This document shows, piece by piece, positions 12,395-25,614 of a stretch of 64,000 nucleotides of DNA (position 1 is its first letter; every line of letters begins with the position of its first letter). Under the pieces are notes generated by a model that made no database searches, was not told the DNA's origin, and worked only from the letters and a program-made list of their open reading frames with translations. This DNA is from Eledone cirrhosa (lineage: Eukaryota): assembly GCA_964016885.1 (NCBI GenBank), contig OZ024740.1:184140001-184204000 (forward strand), in the 5' to 3' direction. A program made the position numbers and the translations under genes.

Positions 12395-15300
12395 TATAAT
12401 TACTTTCTTTTTTTTTTTTTTTCAAATTCAATGATGTTCCAGAACAATATAAAAGAGATAATTGGCAATTTAGGTTCTGGAACAAAAAAGATCATTGGCA
12501 ATAAGGGCAGGGGCCCCAGGTTATCACAGCCTGGGCCCGCTCGTCATCGTGCCATTGTAATAGAGCCAAACAAGGCATTTAGTCTTGGCTGCTGGAACGT
12601 ATGGACGCTGCTTGACAGGGAATCCTTGGGGCGTCCTGAACGAAGGACCGCTCTTGTTGCAAAGGAGCTTCGACGTTACGATCTTGACATCGTGGCTTTA
12701 TCTGAGACGAGGCTAGCTGGAGATGGTAATCTTACGGAATTTTGTGGAGAATATACATTGTTCTGGAAAGGAAGAGATGAAGGAACCAGAAGAGAGGCTG
12801 GGGTAGGATTTGCTGTTAAGACTTTGCTTGTGAACAAATTAGAAGAATTCCCAGTAGGGATTAGTGAGCGTCTTATGTCCATGAGAGTTCCGCTGGACAA
12901 GAGAAGATATGCTACTCTGGTGAGTGTGTATGCTCCAACTATGAGTTCTGTCGATGAGGAAAAGGTGTCCTTTTACCATGCCTTGAAAGGTGTTTTAAGA
13001 AATATCCCTCAAGCAGACAAAGTCATCGTGATTGGTGACTTTAATGCTAGAGTGGGTAGGGATTTTAACACATGGAATGTAATCGGAAGGCATGGGGTGG
13101 GAAAGTGTAACAGCAATGGTATGCTCCTGCTGCAGATGTGTGAGGAGCTGGATCTGTGTGTTACCAACACCATGTTCCAACAAAAGAACAAATTCAAGAC
13201 CACATGGATGCATCCTGCATCTAAGGAATGGCATCTTTTGGACTACGTCCTAGTCAGGATGCGTGACAGACAGGATGTGCAGTGTGTTCGTGTTCTTCGT
13301 GGAGCTGAGTGCTGGACGGACCACCGCCTGGTACGCGCAAAAGTGAAACTAATCACTAAACGTAAAATCCGGGCTCCTGGTGTTGCCCTGCCCAAAAGAT
13401 TGAATGCTGCTCGTCTTAAGGATAAAAATATGAAGAGGACATTGGAAGAAGAGATGCAGGCTGCAGATCTTGGTGAGGATTGGCCGACCCTTAAAAAGTC
13501 GGTTTATGATGTAGGCAGGCGTGTTCTGGGATTGGCGCAGAGGAAACATCAGGACTGGTTTGATGAGAATGATGTACATATAGAAGACTTGTTGGCTGAT
13601 AAGAAGCGTGCTCTGTCACGCTACTTGACGGCAAAACCACAGGGGAGGAATACGTTGCATGAGGAACTCAGGGATGTAAAATCACGTGTTAGGCGGAGTC
13701 TTTCTCAGATGAAGGATCAGTGGTGGAGTGAGAAGGCTGGTGAGATACAAACTGCGTCTGACTCCAATAACACAAAGCTGTTGTACAGTCTCTTGCGTGA
13801 GGTTTATGGACCGCCTTCTTCTCTGGTGACACCGCTTCGCAGCAAGGATGGCAAAGAACTTCTTCGTGACTCACAGGGAATTCTACGAAGGTGGCGAGAG
13901 CACTTTGATGATCTTTTGAATCAGCCGTCTGTCGTCAGTTAAGATTTCCTCAATCTCATTCCAGAAAGTCCCGTGAAAGTAGCTCTCGCAGAACCTCCGA
14001 CGCTTGTGGAGGTTGCAGTGGCTATTTCGAAGCTGAACAGTGGAAGATCTCCAGGTATGGATGGCATACATGCTGAGCTCCTACAATATGGTGGTGAGAG
14101 ACTCCTGCAACATCTTCAGTCTTTGTTTGGCAGGATATGGGTTAAGGAATCCGTACCTGAGGACTGGAGAGATGCTGTAATGGTGGTCTTGTACAAGGGA
14201 AAGGGTAACTGGAACGATTGTGGGAACTACAGAGGTATATCATTGCTTTCTGTCGTAGGGAAAGTTTTATGTAGGGTGCTTTTGGACCGTCTGCTGACAC
14301 ACATTGCAGATTGTGTTCTTCCTGAAAGTCAATCTGGTTTTCGTGCTGGACGCGGCACTACTGATATGATCTTCTCAGCTAGACAGCTCCAGGAGAAGTG
14401 CATGGAACAAGGCTTGGATCTGTATTAGGTTTTTGTCGATCTGACAAAAGCTTTCGATACTGTTAACAGAGATGCATTATGGAAGGTTCTCCAGAAACTT
14501 GGTTGCCCTGATAAGTTCCTTGCTTTAGTTAGGTCTTTCCATGACGACATGAAGGATTGGGTTAATGTCGGGGGTAACATGTCGGAGCCTATCTCAGTAA
14601 AAAATGGAGTGAAACAGGGGGATATTCCAGCACCGACCCTGTTTGCCATATACTTTGCAATGGTTTTCTGTATTGCATTCAGGAATTGCGAGCATGGTGT
14701 TTACATCCGATATCGAACCTCAGGCAGCATATTTAACATCAGGCGCTTTGCTGCGAAGACAAAAGTATTTACATCAATCATAAGAGACCTCTTGTATGCA
14801 GATGATTGCGATCTTGTAGCGCACACAGAGAGTGATATGCAGCACATTTTGAATACATTTTCTGACGCTTGCACTGCCCTAGATCTGACTGTCAGTCTCA
14901 AGAAAACCGTCGTCATGTACCAACCTGCCCCTGGTAAGCAGTACACTGAACCAAACATATATGTGTATGGCAAACGACTTGGAGTGGTTGATCAGTTTGT
15001 CTACCTGGGAAGCACTGTCGATCGATACAGCAACCTTGACAGTGAAATCTCACTTAGGATTAGGAAAGCAAGTGATGCTTTCGGAAAGCTAGAAAGGCGA
15101 CTCTGGGGTCGGCGAGATATATGCAGGAGGACAAAGGTAAAGGTGTACAGGGCATGTGTGCTCTCTTGTCTTCCTTATGCCTGCGAGACCTGGGTCACAT
15201 ATCGACACCACCTTAAACAATTGGAGCGTTTCCATCAGATGTGTCTCAGACGGATCCATGGCGTTCACTGGAGGGACGACATCAGTGGTGTCGAGATTTT

Positions 15301-15985
15301 GGAAAGCTCTATGTGTGACAGTATAGAAGCTCTTGTGCTTAAGCAAAGACTCCGATGGAGTGGTCACCTTGCCAGGATGAAGGATTCTAGAATACCAAAA
15401 CAACTCTTTTATGGAGAGTTGGTTAAAGGAAAACGACCGCCACATAAACCAAAAAATAGGTATAAGGATTCCTTGAAAGCCTCTCTGAAAGACTCTAACA
15501 TCTCTGCTGATACATGGGAGAATATTGCTGCTGATCGTAATAAATGGAGAAAGACTGTATATGAGGGAAAAGTTGCCTTTGAGGCATCTCGAATCGCATA
15601 CGAGAAAGTAAAGCGGGATGTGAGGAAGGGCATTGCTGTTGCACTTCCAGACGGTGAGGGTCCTCCTATGGTGCTGACATGCAGCGTATGTGCGAGACTC
15701 TGCCTAAGCAAAGCTGGACTCGAAAGTCATCTTCGCAGTCATAAAGTAAGACCAGTGGTTGACTTCCAGGCTGCTGTTGGAGATGCTACTCATCATGCTT
15801 GCCAAACATGTGGTAGAGAATGTAAATCAGCAGGATGGTCAAGCGACATGCAAAAGTACACGGACTCCAACCACAGCCGACTATTCCCAGTGAATGTTTT
15901 GGTTGCCGACGCTGTGCAAGACATTTTAGATCATTGGCTGGGCTAAAAAGCCACATTCGATCGCAGCGCTGTTAGTTGCTATCGT
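12045..15985 (+). mobile_element. RTE-clade LINE, near full length
   Basis: Single long frame with APE endonuclease, RT and C-terminal zinc fingers, preceded by a putative 5' UTR. The 5' edge is approximate. Confidence 0.93.
12431..15975 (+). pseudogene. RTE ORF: APE endonuclease, reverse transcriptase and three C2H2-like fingers
   Basis: Track ORFs 12338, 13973 and 14549 share one frame, separated by stops at 13940-42 and 14426-28. Motifs WNV.TL, ALSETR, GDFNARVG, TDH, DLTKAFD, GVKQG, YADD. Frameshift near 15835. Confidence 0.93.
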
Positions 15986-16322
15986 GTGTGTGTGTGTGTG
16001 TGTGTGTAGATATGCTTATGTGTGTGCGTGTGTGTATATATATATGTATATTATTATTGTTGTTATCGTTATAAATATTGTTGTTATGGTTATTATTATT
16101 ATTATTGTTATTGAAGAAAGTGGATGTACGTTTTTTGAAGCTCCGTGAGTAAGCAATTTTTTGAGGATTAATTGTGGAGAATTGTTTATTTTTTTGTACC
16201 GCTGAAGCATTATAAGACATTAATTTGTATCCTGTGAAGGAATAACTCATAATATTTGGGCCTTTTGGCCCAAATATTTGAACTTTATTTTGGAAAAATA
16301 ATAATTTTTTTCTAAAAAAAAC

Positions 16323-18233
16323 ATGGCGGAGCCACGCCCCCTAGAGGCGGGTCTGCTGTCGTGCAACGGCGACTTGAGCGTTGAGAGGAGAGGTGGGGCG
16401 AGGAGCGCCACCAGCACGAGTGTGAGCAGCGACAGTGCCAGCACCAACGGGCCGAGCGGCGCGGAAGGTGGTAACAGCGACAACGCCAACACCAACAAGC
16501 CGAACAGCGCAGAAGGTGGTAATAGCGAGAGCACCAACAAAACGAACAGCACAGAGAGTAATAGTAGCGACAGCAGCAGCACCAACAAGGCCAACAGCAC
16601 AGAGGGTAACCACGACACAGGGGAGAACAACAACAGCAATAGCAGCAGCAACACCAACAAGAACAACAACAGTGACAACACCAACAAGAACACCTTCGCT
16701 GCTGTGGCAGCGGCTAAAAGGACACCATGCTACAGCATCGACTTAACCAACAGAGAGGAAAAGTTGGCCCAGGCCTGGAAAATCATAAATCAAGAGCAGA
16801 CCTGGGCAAACTTAACTGTCCCGGCAGAAGCCATTGAGGCAGTGGAAAAAAGAACGGTGCATTTCAGATGCATCTCAGTAGAGACAAAGAGGGCAGCGAT
16901 AATCGCCCAAGCTGATATAGAAGCCGCACTGAAATACATCAGAGAGGACACAGACTTCATAGAGAGGGGCAGGCAATACGGCACCGTTTCGGTGCTGTTC
17001 AAGTCTGAAGCCCTCGCTGTGAAGCATTCAATGACCCCTTGCAAAACCAGCAAGGTCATAATGTACCCCTCCCACATGGGAAAACGAATAGCACGTGTGC
17101 GCATTCCCAGGATTCCACCAGGACTTGATATGTGGTGGCTCCTGGGTTGCGTAATCGTGGAAGGAACGGATACAGTCCCGGTAGAGGCAACGAGAACTGC
17201 CAGGGACGACTGGTCCGGGGTTGATCTGGAGATACTGCTCCAAATCAGACCCGAAAACGTAAAAGCAATCCCGGACCACATCCGCCTCCAAAACGGGAGG
17301 GTGTTGCATATAATGACTGAGGGCAAAAGGCCGCATTGTTTCCTTTGTGGGGAAACTACACACTTGCGAGCCTTCTGCCCTCAACTGCCGAAAAGCGCAA
17401 GGGGTCGAAAGATTCCACTGCTGGCGACGCCGGGACAAGGACCACCAGCAACACCGTCAACAATGGAACCACCAAAATTGCACACCCAGGGGGGAAACGA
17501 GGAAAGCTCTCCCATTCCCCCTTCCCCCCAAAATACACACACGAACAAGAACATAAACACTCACTCAGACACAAACACGCTCACAGCCACAGACCCCTCA
17601 TCCTCCAGCAGTGAAGATGAGGGAAAACCAAAGTCCCCCAAAATACAAAAAACAAAACACAAAAAAAAAAGAAATCCACAAAGCACAAACACCCCCACAA
17701 AAAAAAATACATACACCACCCACACAAACATTTTCCCCACAGCATCACCAACACAACCACCAAAATCCCCCAAACGCAAACAAGCTAAACAGACACAAGA
17801 ACAAATAGACACACAAACATCAGAAACTACAGACACCCCACCCACAACAAACGCAGACACAATAGAAACAACACTAACAAAGCTATCACCACCACAATCA
17901 CACGAACAAATAAAACCCGAGCAACAAAACATTAAAAACTTCGTGCTTGCCAGAAGGGCCAACAAGGAATTGATGGCCCATGTAGCACGAAGCACAAACA
18001 TCGAAAAAGAGGGGGAAACATTTGAAGCGAGCACATTTCGCGTACCAGATAATTTGCTTCTGATGCGAATGTCGCTCGCTTCATACAAAGAAATTCGAAA
18101 GAGCTTTCCTCGGGATGTGGGAACCCCGAACGTAAAACCCACTTCAAGACTATTAAAGGGGTTCCCAAAAGAAACCCCACAAACCATGGAGGTCGAACCA
18201 CCCGACCTTCACAAGACCCCGGAAGGTAAGTAA
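16323..18233 (+). CDS. Tx1 ORF1 gag-like nucleic-acid-binding protein (636 aa)
   Basis: Intact ORF with an S/N/T-rich N-terminus, TFAAVAA motif, CCHC knuckle CFLCGETTHLRAFC and a T/P/K-rich linker. Confidence 0.88.
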   Translation: MAEPRPLEAGLLSCNGDLSVERRGGARSATSTSVSSDSASTNGPSGAEGGNSDNANTNKPNSAEGGNSESTNKTNSTESNSSDSSSTNKANSTEGNHDTGENNNSNSSSNTNKNNNSDNTNKNTFAAVAAAKRTPCYSIDLTNREEKLAQAWKIINQEQTWANLTVPAEAIEAVEKRTVHFRCISVETKRAAIIAQADIEAALKYIREDTDFIERGRQYGTVSVLFKSEALAVKHSMTPCKTSKVIMYPSHMGKRIARVRIPRIPPGLDMWWLLGCVIVEGTDTVPVEATRTARDDWSGVDLEILLQIRPENVKAIPDHIRLQNGRVLHIMTEGKRPHCFLCGETTHLRAFCPQLPKSARGRKIPLLATPGQGPPATPSTMEPPKLHTQGGNEESSPIPPSPQNTHTNKNINTHSDTNTLTATDPSSSSSEDEGKPKSPKIQKTKHKKKRNPQSTNTPTKKNTYTTHTNIFPTASPTQPPKSPKRKQAKQTQEQIDTQTSETTDTPPTTNADTIETTLTKLSPPQSHEQIKPEQQNIKNFVLARRANKELMAHVARSTNIEKEGETFEASTFRVPDNLLLMRMSLASYKEIRKSFPRDVGTPNVKPTSRLLKGFPKETPQTMEVEPPDLHKTPEGK

Positions 18234-18262
18234 ACCTTTCCTCTCCCATTCATCTTGCCAGC

Positions 18263-21200
18263 ATGGCCATAAGAGTAAGAAGTTTAAATGTTGGTGGCCT
18301 GGGGTCGCCCTGGAAGCAAGGTCACTTGCTCAACGACCTCAGGTCACTAGGAATGGATGTAATTGCCATCAGCGAGACCAGAATTTCCGACACACGCGCA
18401 CTGGCGCCGATTTTCGACGATTATCAGATCTCTGCATCTGTTAGTCGGCCGGGAATGGGAGGTGGAGTGGCTGTGCTGTTTAGGAAATGCCTGGATCTCG
18501 AGGTAAGGTCAATCTTCCGGGATCCTGACGGAAAGTTGGTGGTACTGGACGTGAGCAATAGCGAAGGTGGTGCCTTTAGACTGGTGGCCGTCTACGCCCC
18601 CACTGGGGCCGGTCGGCCGGACTTCTTTAGGCGCCTGGAAAACTTTCTGCTTACGTCTCGCCCTTTACTGTTAATAGGGGATTGGAATGGCATCTTAGAA
18701 GCACGCTGGGATTGTGTGGGAGTATCTGATAGGAGCGGGGGGTGCAAAAGCCTCAAGTACCTGATCAGCCAGTTTCAACTGTCTGACAGGTACCGACTAG
18801 ATTTCCCTAATGCGCCAGTATAGACCTGGACCAATCGCATAGGGTCATCTAGATCGTACATAGATAGGATTTTCATTAGGAAAAGAGATAGAAATAGTGT
18901 AGGATGTCCACATTTTAAAACGGTTGCCTATTCAGATCACAAGCTTGTGATCTGTATGGTCGACCTAGATAAGACACGTAGGTTAGGACCTAGCTACTGG
19001 AAGCTAAACATGTCGTTTCCGGCACGTAAAGCTTACAGGGACCGGGTCAACAACTTAGTTAAGCAAAAGTTGACAGGGGGGGTTGTCAACAACAGGTGGT
19101 GGGGGGCTCTCAAAAGAGAGATTAGAGCAACCTCGATAGGATTTAGCAAAGAAGTAGCAATAGAGAAAAATAGAAAGGAGGAGGGTTAGACGAGGCTATT
19201 TGTAGTGGCATTGCAACAGACGTGCTAGCGGCGAGAATGGCACTAGACCATTTCTTCAATGCGAAACACGAAGGTTGCATTGTCAGAGCTAAGGCGCGTG
19301 CTCTGAGGAACGAGGGAACCAAAGCTGCCCGATGGGCTCGCTTTGCAGAGATGCAGCGTGGAAATAAAACCACAATTCGGTCTTTGACGGATCGAGATGG
19401 ACACGAACTGAGCGATTCCAAGCAGATGTGTGAGGCCTTTCGCCACCACTTTGCTCGATTGTTCGGGAGGATGGGTGAGTCGGAGACGGCGGCGGACTTC
19501 AGTCCCTACCTCGACGGCTTGCCACGCCTCTCGACGGCCGACGCTGAGCGCTGCGAAGAGCCGATAACATCAGTCGAAATTCAGGACGCCCTTGTCGGCT
19601 GCTCGAGTCGCAAGTCACCCGGTTTGGATGGTCTGCCCTACGAGCTTTACGTAAATATGCCAGACTTGTTCTCCGATCTCCTCGAAGCGCTCTACTGCAA
19701 CTGGCAGCAGAACGGGAGCATTCCCAGTTCTGTGAGCCGTGGCGTAGTGACGCTGATAAGGAAAGACGAGAACAAGAGGGACACACTAGATAATTTCAGG
19801 CCCATAACCCTGCTCAACACAGAGTTTAAGATTTTGGTCAAGGAGTTAGCGAAAAGGTTGGCGCTTGTCGTCAAAGATTTGGTTGGGGAGGCGCAAACTT
19901 GCGCAATCCCGACCAGGTCCATACACGACAACCTCCACCTCATGCGATACATCATAGAGAGGGTTGGGTGCAAACCTGGCTTCGGTGGGGCTCTGATCAA
20001 TTTAGATCAATCGAAAGCATTCGATAGGGTCGACCATCGGTACTTGGAGGCTGTCCTCGAGGCGGCTGGCTTCGGCCCCGTCTTCAGAAGCTGGATCACT
20101 GCAATGTACAGCGGCATCTGCTCGGTGGTCAAAGTTAATGGCCACCTCTCGGAACCGTTTCAGATCTCTCGATCGGTCCGTCAAGGGTGCCCTCTCTCCT
20201 CACTTCTGTACGTATTGACTCTTGAGCCTCTACTGCGGAAGCTGGAGTTGTTGCAGGGCATCCCGCTCGAACCGGGACGTAGAAAGGCTGCGTCCGCTTA
20301 TGCGGACGACATCACCGTGATGGTGTCGGACACCTCGGAAATCGAGGTGATCCGCACCCATTTGGAGGAATATGAAAGGTTGACGGGAGCAAAACTTAAC
20401 CAGGAAAAGTCGGTGGGCTTGCAGCTCGGCACCTGGAGAGGCAAGTCCATGCCGTCCAACAGCGTCGTTGGGCGCTGGACAGACGGATCGGTAAAGTTGC
20501 TCGGGGTTTGGTTCGGACCAGACCTCCAGGTGGATAAGAATTGGGACGAGGTGACGAGCAGGATAGCCAACCTCACCCAGAAATGGGCTGAGAGAAAGCT
20601 ATCACTGAAAGGGCGGGCGGAGGTGGCGAACGCGTACATCGCGTCCGTCATCTACTACCGCCTGACCGTCGTGCCTTGCCCCCGTCCACGCCTCGCCAAT
20701 TTGGAACGGCTCCTTTTCAATTTTTTATGGAGGGGACGGGTCCCGTTGGTGAGGCGGTCCATCTGCTGCCAGCACCCTCTTCGTGGAGGGCTGGGCATGC
20801 CGTGGCTAATGATGCGCAGACATGCGCTGAGGCTGCGACATCTCCAGATATTTTGCCTAAACGGTGAACAGGTGTGGTCGCCGTTTGTTAGACGGGCCTT
20901 TCCGCAGCTCATCTCTTTGACTGAGCTGCAGTCCTGGGTCAAGAAGAGACCGAGACTGGGCGACTGGCATCTGGAATGTTGCCAGGCGCTCACTGCACTC
21001 TGCAAGGTGGGCAATGCGGTCAGTGGAACTTCCACTCAAGATTTCTATAGAGGATTAGTGGAGGGCAAGTACGATGACGTACTAGGAGAGGCTCTAGGCG
21101 TCAACGAAGTAGAACTGACCAGTATGTTCCGGAGGACTTTCGAGCCGGGGACGATGGATAACTTCCAGAAATCCCTTGCTTGGCAGTGCTACCGGGGGGC

Positions 21201-21669
21201 GCTGCCGGTTCGGGATAAACTCTACAGACACGGAAGTGCTGTCAGACGAACCTGCCCGAGATGCGCGCAGAGCGACGAAACCGTTCTGGACGCACTCGTC
21301 CAGTGTCCGTGCATTGCTGACTTGTGGGGTTATGTCGAACAGCTATTGTCGCGTGTAGAACGGATCCGGCTATCGTCCGAGTCCATAGTGAAGATTGACC
21401 CGCCGCCTTCTTTTGGTCAGGAAGGGCAGGCAATTTTCCTCTGCCTGGTGGCAGTAGCGAAAGAGGTTGCATGGTGGACCAGGTTGAAAGGACTGAAGAC
21501 AGACACTTTTCTCTTCGGCCAATCCCTCATCAACATCTTCAAGTTTCACTTGGAAAGGAAGGTGAGGGTGGAGAGAGAAGTGCTGCCCCCCAGTACATTT
21601 ACTGAAAGGTGGGTGAATGTGGCGAGAATGGCCCGCGTGAGTGGGCCTACTCTGATCATACGCCTGTAG
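18263..21669 (+). pseudogene. Tx1 ORF2: APE endonuclease, RT and C-terminal Cys-rich domain
   Basis: SLNV.GL, ISETR, GDWN, SDH, SPGLDG, RPITLLN, LDQSKAFDRVDH, VRQGCPLS, YADD, CPRC. One stop at 18821-23 and one frameshift near 19180. Confidence 0.92.
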
Positions 21670-21997
21670 GCTGGTGAATTCGAGAAGGAGAGTGGTGCCC
21701 TTCCCGGGTGCCCTAGGAGCGTCGGGTGGCTCAGGACTGGCGGGGTGCTTGAGTCAACCCTGGGTGGTGATCCCTCTTATTGGGGAACTTTCATTGTTGT
21801 ATTTTTATTGTTATTTTGTTTTTTGTTATTTATACTTACTCGATCTCTATGTAAACCCCCACTGTCCCTGTCTATTGTGTTGTCCCCTATATGTCGGCCC
21901 TTGTGGCCAATAAATGAAATCATTATTATTATTGTTATTAATGTATGTGTGTGTATATGTGTGTGTGAGTGTGTGTGTGTGTGTGTATATGTGTATG

Positions 21998-22036
<39 letters not shown>

Positions 22037-22100
22037 TTTTTTAATTTTTTTATTTTTATTTTATTTTTATTTATTTATAATTTTTATTTTTTTCTTTCTC

Positions 22101-22155
22101 CTCGTGCAATGGCCATACTCGATAACGAGGGGGCAGCCATCATGTAGGTAGGTAG
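22101..22155 (+). mobile_element. Probable displaced 3' terminus of the RTE at 12045
   Basis: atggccatactcg-ataa-cgag...gccatcat stem-loop followed by a (GTAG)n tail, resembling RTE 3' ends. The RTE has no such end after its stop codon. Confidence 0.55.
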
Positions 22156-22401
22156 CTATATTCATATTGTCATAGAAGTGACTACTTTCTCAGTAGAGCT
22201 GTTTCATTCGTAAAAGATTATGAGAACGTTCCTGATTTCTTACGAATGATAACTGCTCTTGTCCTGCAGAAGCCATTTCTATGAGAAAATGAATATTCCT
22301 ATATTCTACTAACGAATAACTTTTTCAACAGGGGTTAGCTCGAGATTTCCATTGGGATCAACAAAACACACACACACACACACACAGACACACACACACA
22401 G

Positions 22402-22468
<67 letters not shown>

Positions 22469-22714
22469 AACACACATATATTATAAAACCGAAATTCATC
22501 AATATTTGTCACATATATAGTGAGAAATGTGTGGGCGTTAGAAAACGTTCTATACAGATCACGTTATATAACGAAAATGATAAGACAAAAATGGGTTTGA
22601 AAGGCTCACCTTGTATATATACAAAGTATCGTTATAATATGTACAACAAAGATGTTAGAAATTTATGTTATGAAGTTTCTTTATAGTTTTTCTTATATAT
22701 ATATATATGGTATG

Positions 22715-22946
22715 GACCCGTCTCCTCTCTAGGCTTGAATACAGTAGATTTCTTCCAGAAAAGGATAGAGATAGTGATGAAAAGGAAGTGAGAAAGAGAT
22801 ATAGAGGATGACTGGTACTTTTTATCGACCATGAATGAATGAAAGGCAAAGTTGCCCTCGGCGGCATTTGAACTCAGAGAGTAGAGAACCGATATGAATA
22901 ATGCAAATCATTCTACCCGACGTTCTAATGACTCTGCCAATGCGCC
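22715..22946 (-). mobile_element. SINE, long-tailed subfamily
   Basis: Core actggtactt...atcgacc...gaaaggcaaagtt...tttgaactcag. Tail shared with the copies at 36982, 61681 and 63665. Confidence 0.85.
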
Positions 22947-25138
22947 TTATGTATGTGTGTGTTGGGAGGGGGGTGCATACAGGCATACATACATATAGAC
23001 CGACAGACAGACATTTTATTTTGTAGCCGAAACTTTGCAGGATACAAAGACTACAACAATTAGTTTCATGTGTCCGATTCACAGATACATCTCACAGAAT
23101 TGGTGATCGCAAACGGGAAAATATTACTTGTAATCTGTAAAGCTTTATCTACAAATTATAAGACACAATTCTAAATTCTAAAAACCATTTTAACACAACT
23201 GATTTCTTTGCAACGCTATCTTCATCCTATAGCAGGCTCTGCATTTTACCTTACAAATCTAACTGTCTAGCTATGCGACCATAGTAGAAATACACATGTG
23301 TTATTGTCACGAATATGCTAGAAGCAAATGAAAACACCGTCTACTCCTACTACTACTACTACTACTACTACTACTATTCTGTTTATACTGTTGTTGTTGT
23401 TGTTGTTGTTGGTGGTGGTGGTGATATTATTATTACTATTTATACTAGTAAATGCTTTCCAATTGAGCCATACGGCCTCGAATTTGGAAGAGGGTATATT
23501 TGAATATCTCTAACACAGCGTTTGACTGATAATGTATAATTCCAATATTGAATCTTAACCACAAACTTTGGAAAAAGTGACCAGATTGTTAAATCTAATC
23601 ACCTGATTTGAAAGCTAACTACCTAAAACTATATACACATAGTAAGCGTACGAGAGTATACAGTAATAATTTCAACACATACACTAAACACTTTTATAAA
23701 ATCAAAACGCTCAAATTTTATCAACAAAGACTGAACGGGAGAAAAAAAGATCTGAGCCTAAAATGGATTTGTTTACAAAAGTTCCTTGACTAAGTTACGC
23801 CTAGATTCAGGAAATGTTTGTCATAAATAGAAAAGAACCAATGTATACATGGTAAAAGGAAATTACATATAAAATAAAAGAAGGGATTATAAAACAGAAA
23901 TCCAACAATATGTGTCACATATGTGTCAGTTTCTGTTGTGTCTGGCGTTATTAATGTCAACTAAAATGTTAAATCAACCTTGATCCGGAAGCTATATTAA
24001 GATATGGGAAAAGAATCAACAATCTTTTGAATATGAACATCCTCAGGTTGTACGTGACATATGATAAATAACTGGAAACACGGTTACACAGAGTATATGG
24101 AGTTAGTAGATTAATTTTCTTTAATCTTTTATTTCAAAATGCATCCTATCAACCACAAACAGAGAAAAACTAGTAAAGGCTATCACACTGGTATCATACT
24201 TTACAAAAACACAGATAAAATAAGTAGAGCAATCAAAACTTAGAAATGTATGTAATAGACAGGGTAAAACACACACATGAAATATAAGGGATGGGACGGG
24301 GGGTTATTATAGGTACATTATGCTAATAATTAAAGCCAAAGCTAACTGTAAAATATATAACAGTCATTGATTATTTGACGTTCCTATAATAGTCTATAGG
24401 TATAAGATTCCCATCTAATTTTGATTATAGAAACACGACAGGAAAAGAAGAAACATAATGACTGTGCTTAGAAGCCACCTCACAAAACCCTTGCAGGAGC
24501 ATATGTACGATCATTGGAGCGCGGTAAGCATCAACTGCAACCAGAAACTTATTGTTAAATATTTATTGCAGAAGTAAATTATTATCTAGTAAAGAATTCA
24601 ATGGAAAGCAAGCCAAATAACTACAAAACATGGACAAGACGAACTATTACTTTTCTCATTGAAGAAGCCAATAAATATACAGCATGTATAGTGATAACAG
24701 AGAGTGATTACAATAGATAAATAACAACAGAAAGTTATAAAAATTCAAAAACTAGAAGGTAGAAATTAGACATTAAAATATCAACCATAGAGTTTGAAAG
24801 GGAAATCACTCAGCACAACTAATACCAAACAAGATGATGCAATGTGAAAGTCGTTACAAATAATATAACTAAGCACTGTGTTAAACGTTCAGGTTCCTTA
24901 GCTGACGTTGAAGGTACAAAACACTAAAACATTCATAGCAAGACTTAGCAAAAATATGCAGTGAATCAGAATACAATTATTAACGGCTTCATATGGAGTG
25001 GTTGCAAAGAAAGACACAATGACATTGATACTGGTCGCCCAGTCATACGGAATATGATAGCTATAAGCGAAATAATATATATATATATATATATGTTTGT
25101 GGGTGTGAAAGAATACACATACATACATGCAGACACAG

Positions 25139-25210
<72 letters not shown>

Positions 25211-25215
<5 letters not shown>

Positions 25216-25614
25216 CATGAAGTACAATTCAACGGCTTATAATTCACTTCATTTATTCATAATCGCTGTTATAAATATATTTCGGTGATAGCTGTTATGC
25301 AACAGTTATGACCTCATAGGACATCTTTAAATTGAACAGGAAATAAACCCTGAAAAGCACGAAGAAAAAGCATATTACTTCTGTAGTGTTGATTCATTGA
25401 TATGCCCTAGGTGGATATTTGGTGTTGCTTTCTGAAAATACAAGTGACATATATCTTCAGCATGTTTATCTGGGGTTTGTTTTTCTGTTTATATTCTAGC
25501 TCCCTGACGAGGTCATATCTATTGCGTACCGGTTATCACCGAAATATATATATAACATCAATTATGAATACAGGAAGGGAATTATAACCCGTTTATTTGT
25601 ACTTCATGATTATA
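25211..25614. repeat. Diverged fold-back element with a hammerhead-like core, in (AT)n
   Basis: Termini ataatcatgaagtacaa / ttgtacttcatgattat, arms about 135 bp. CTGACGA-ggt...acc-GAAA-tata-ta at 25504-25550, mirrored in the left arm. Confidence 0.8.

Larger units (their letters stand above)
16113..21921 (+). mobile_element. L1-clade Tx1-type non-LTR retrotransposon, full length
   Basis: ORF1 and ORF2, AATAAA near the 3' end, exact 18-bp TSD attattattattgttatt at 16095-16112 and 21922-21939. Confidence 0.93.

Noticed and set aside
16247-21472. Antisense and alternate-frame ORFs over the Tx1 element
   Set aside because: Shadows of GC-richer coding sequence with no independent motifs.
23550-24900. 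Faint R4/Dong-like and PLE-like (IEEANK...IVITESDY) protein remnants
   Set aside because: Too decayed to assign boundaries or family without alignment.
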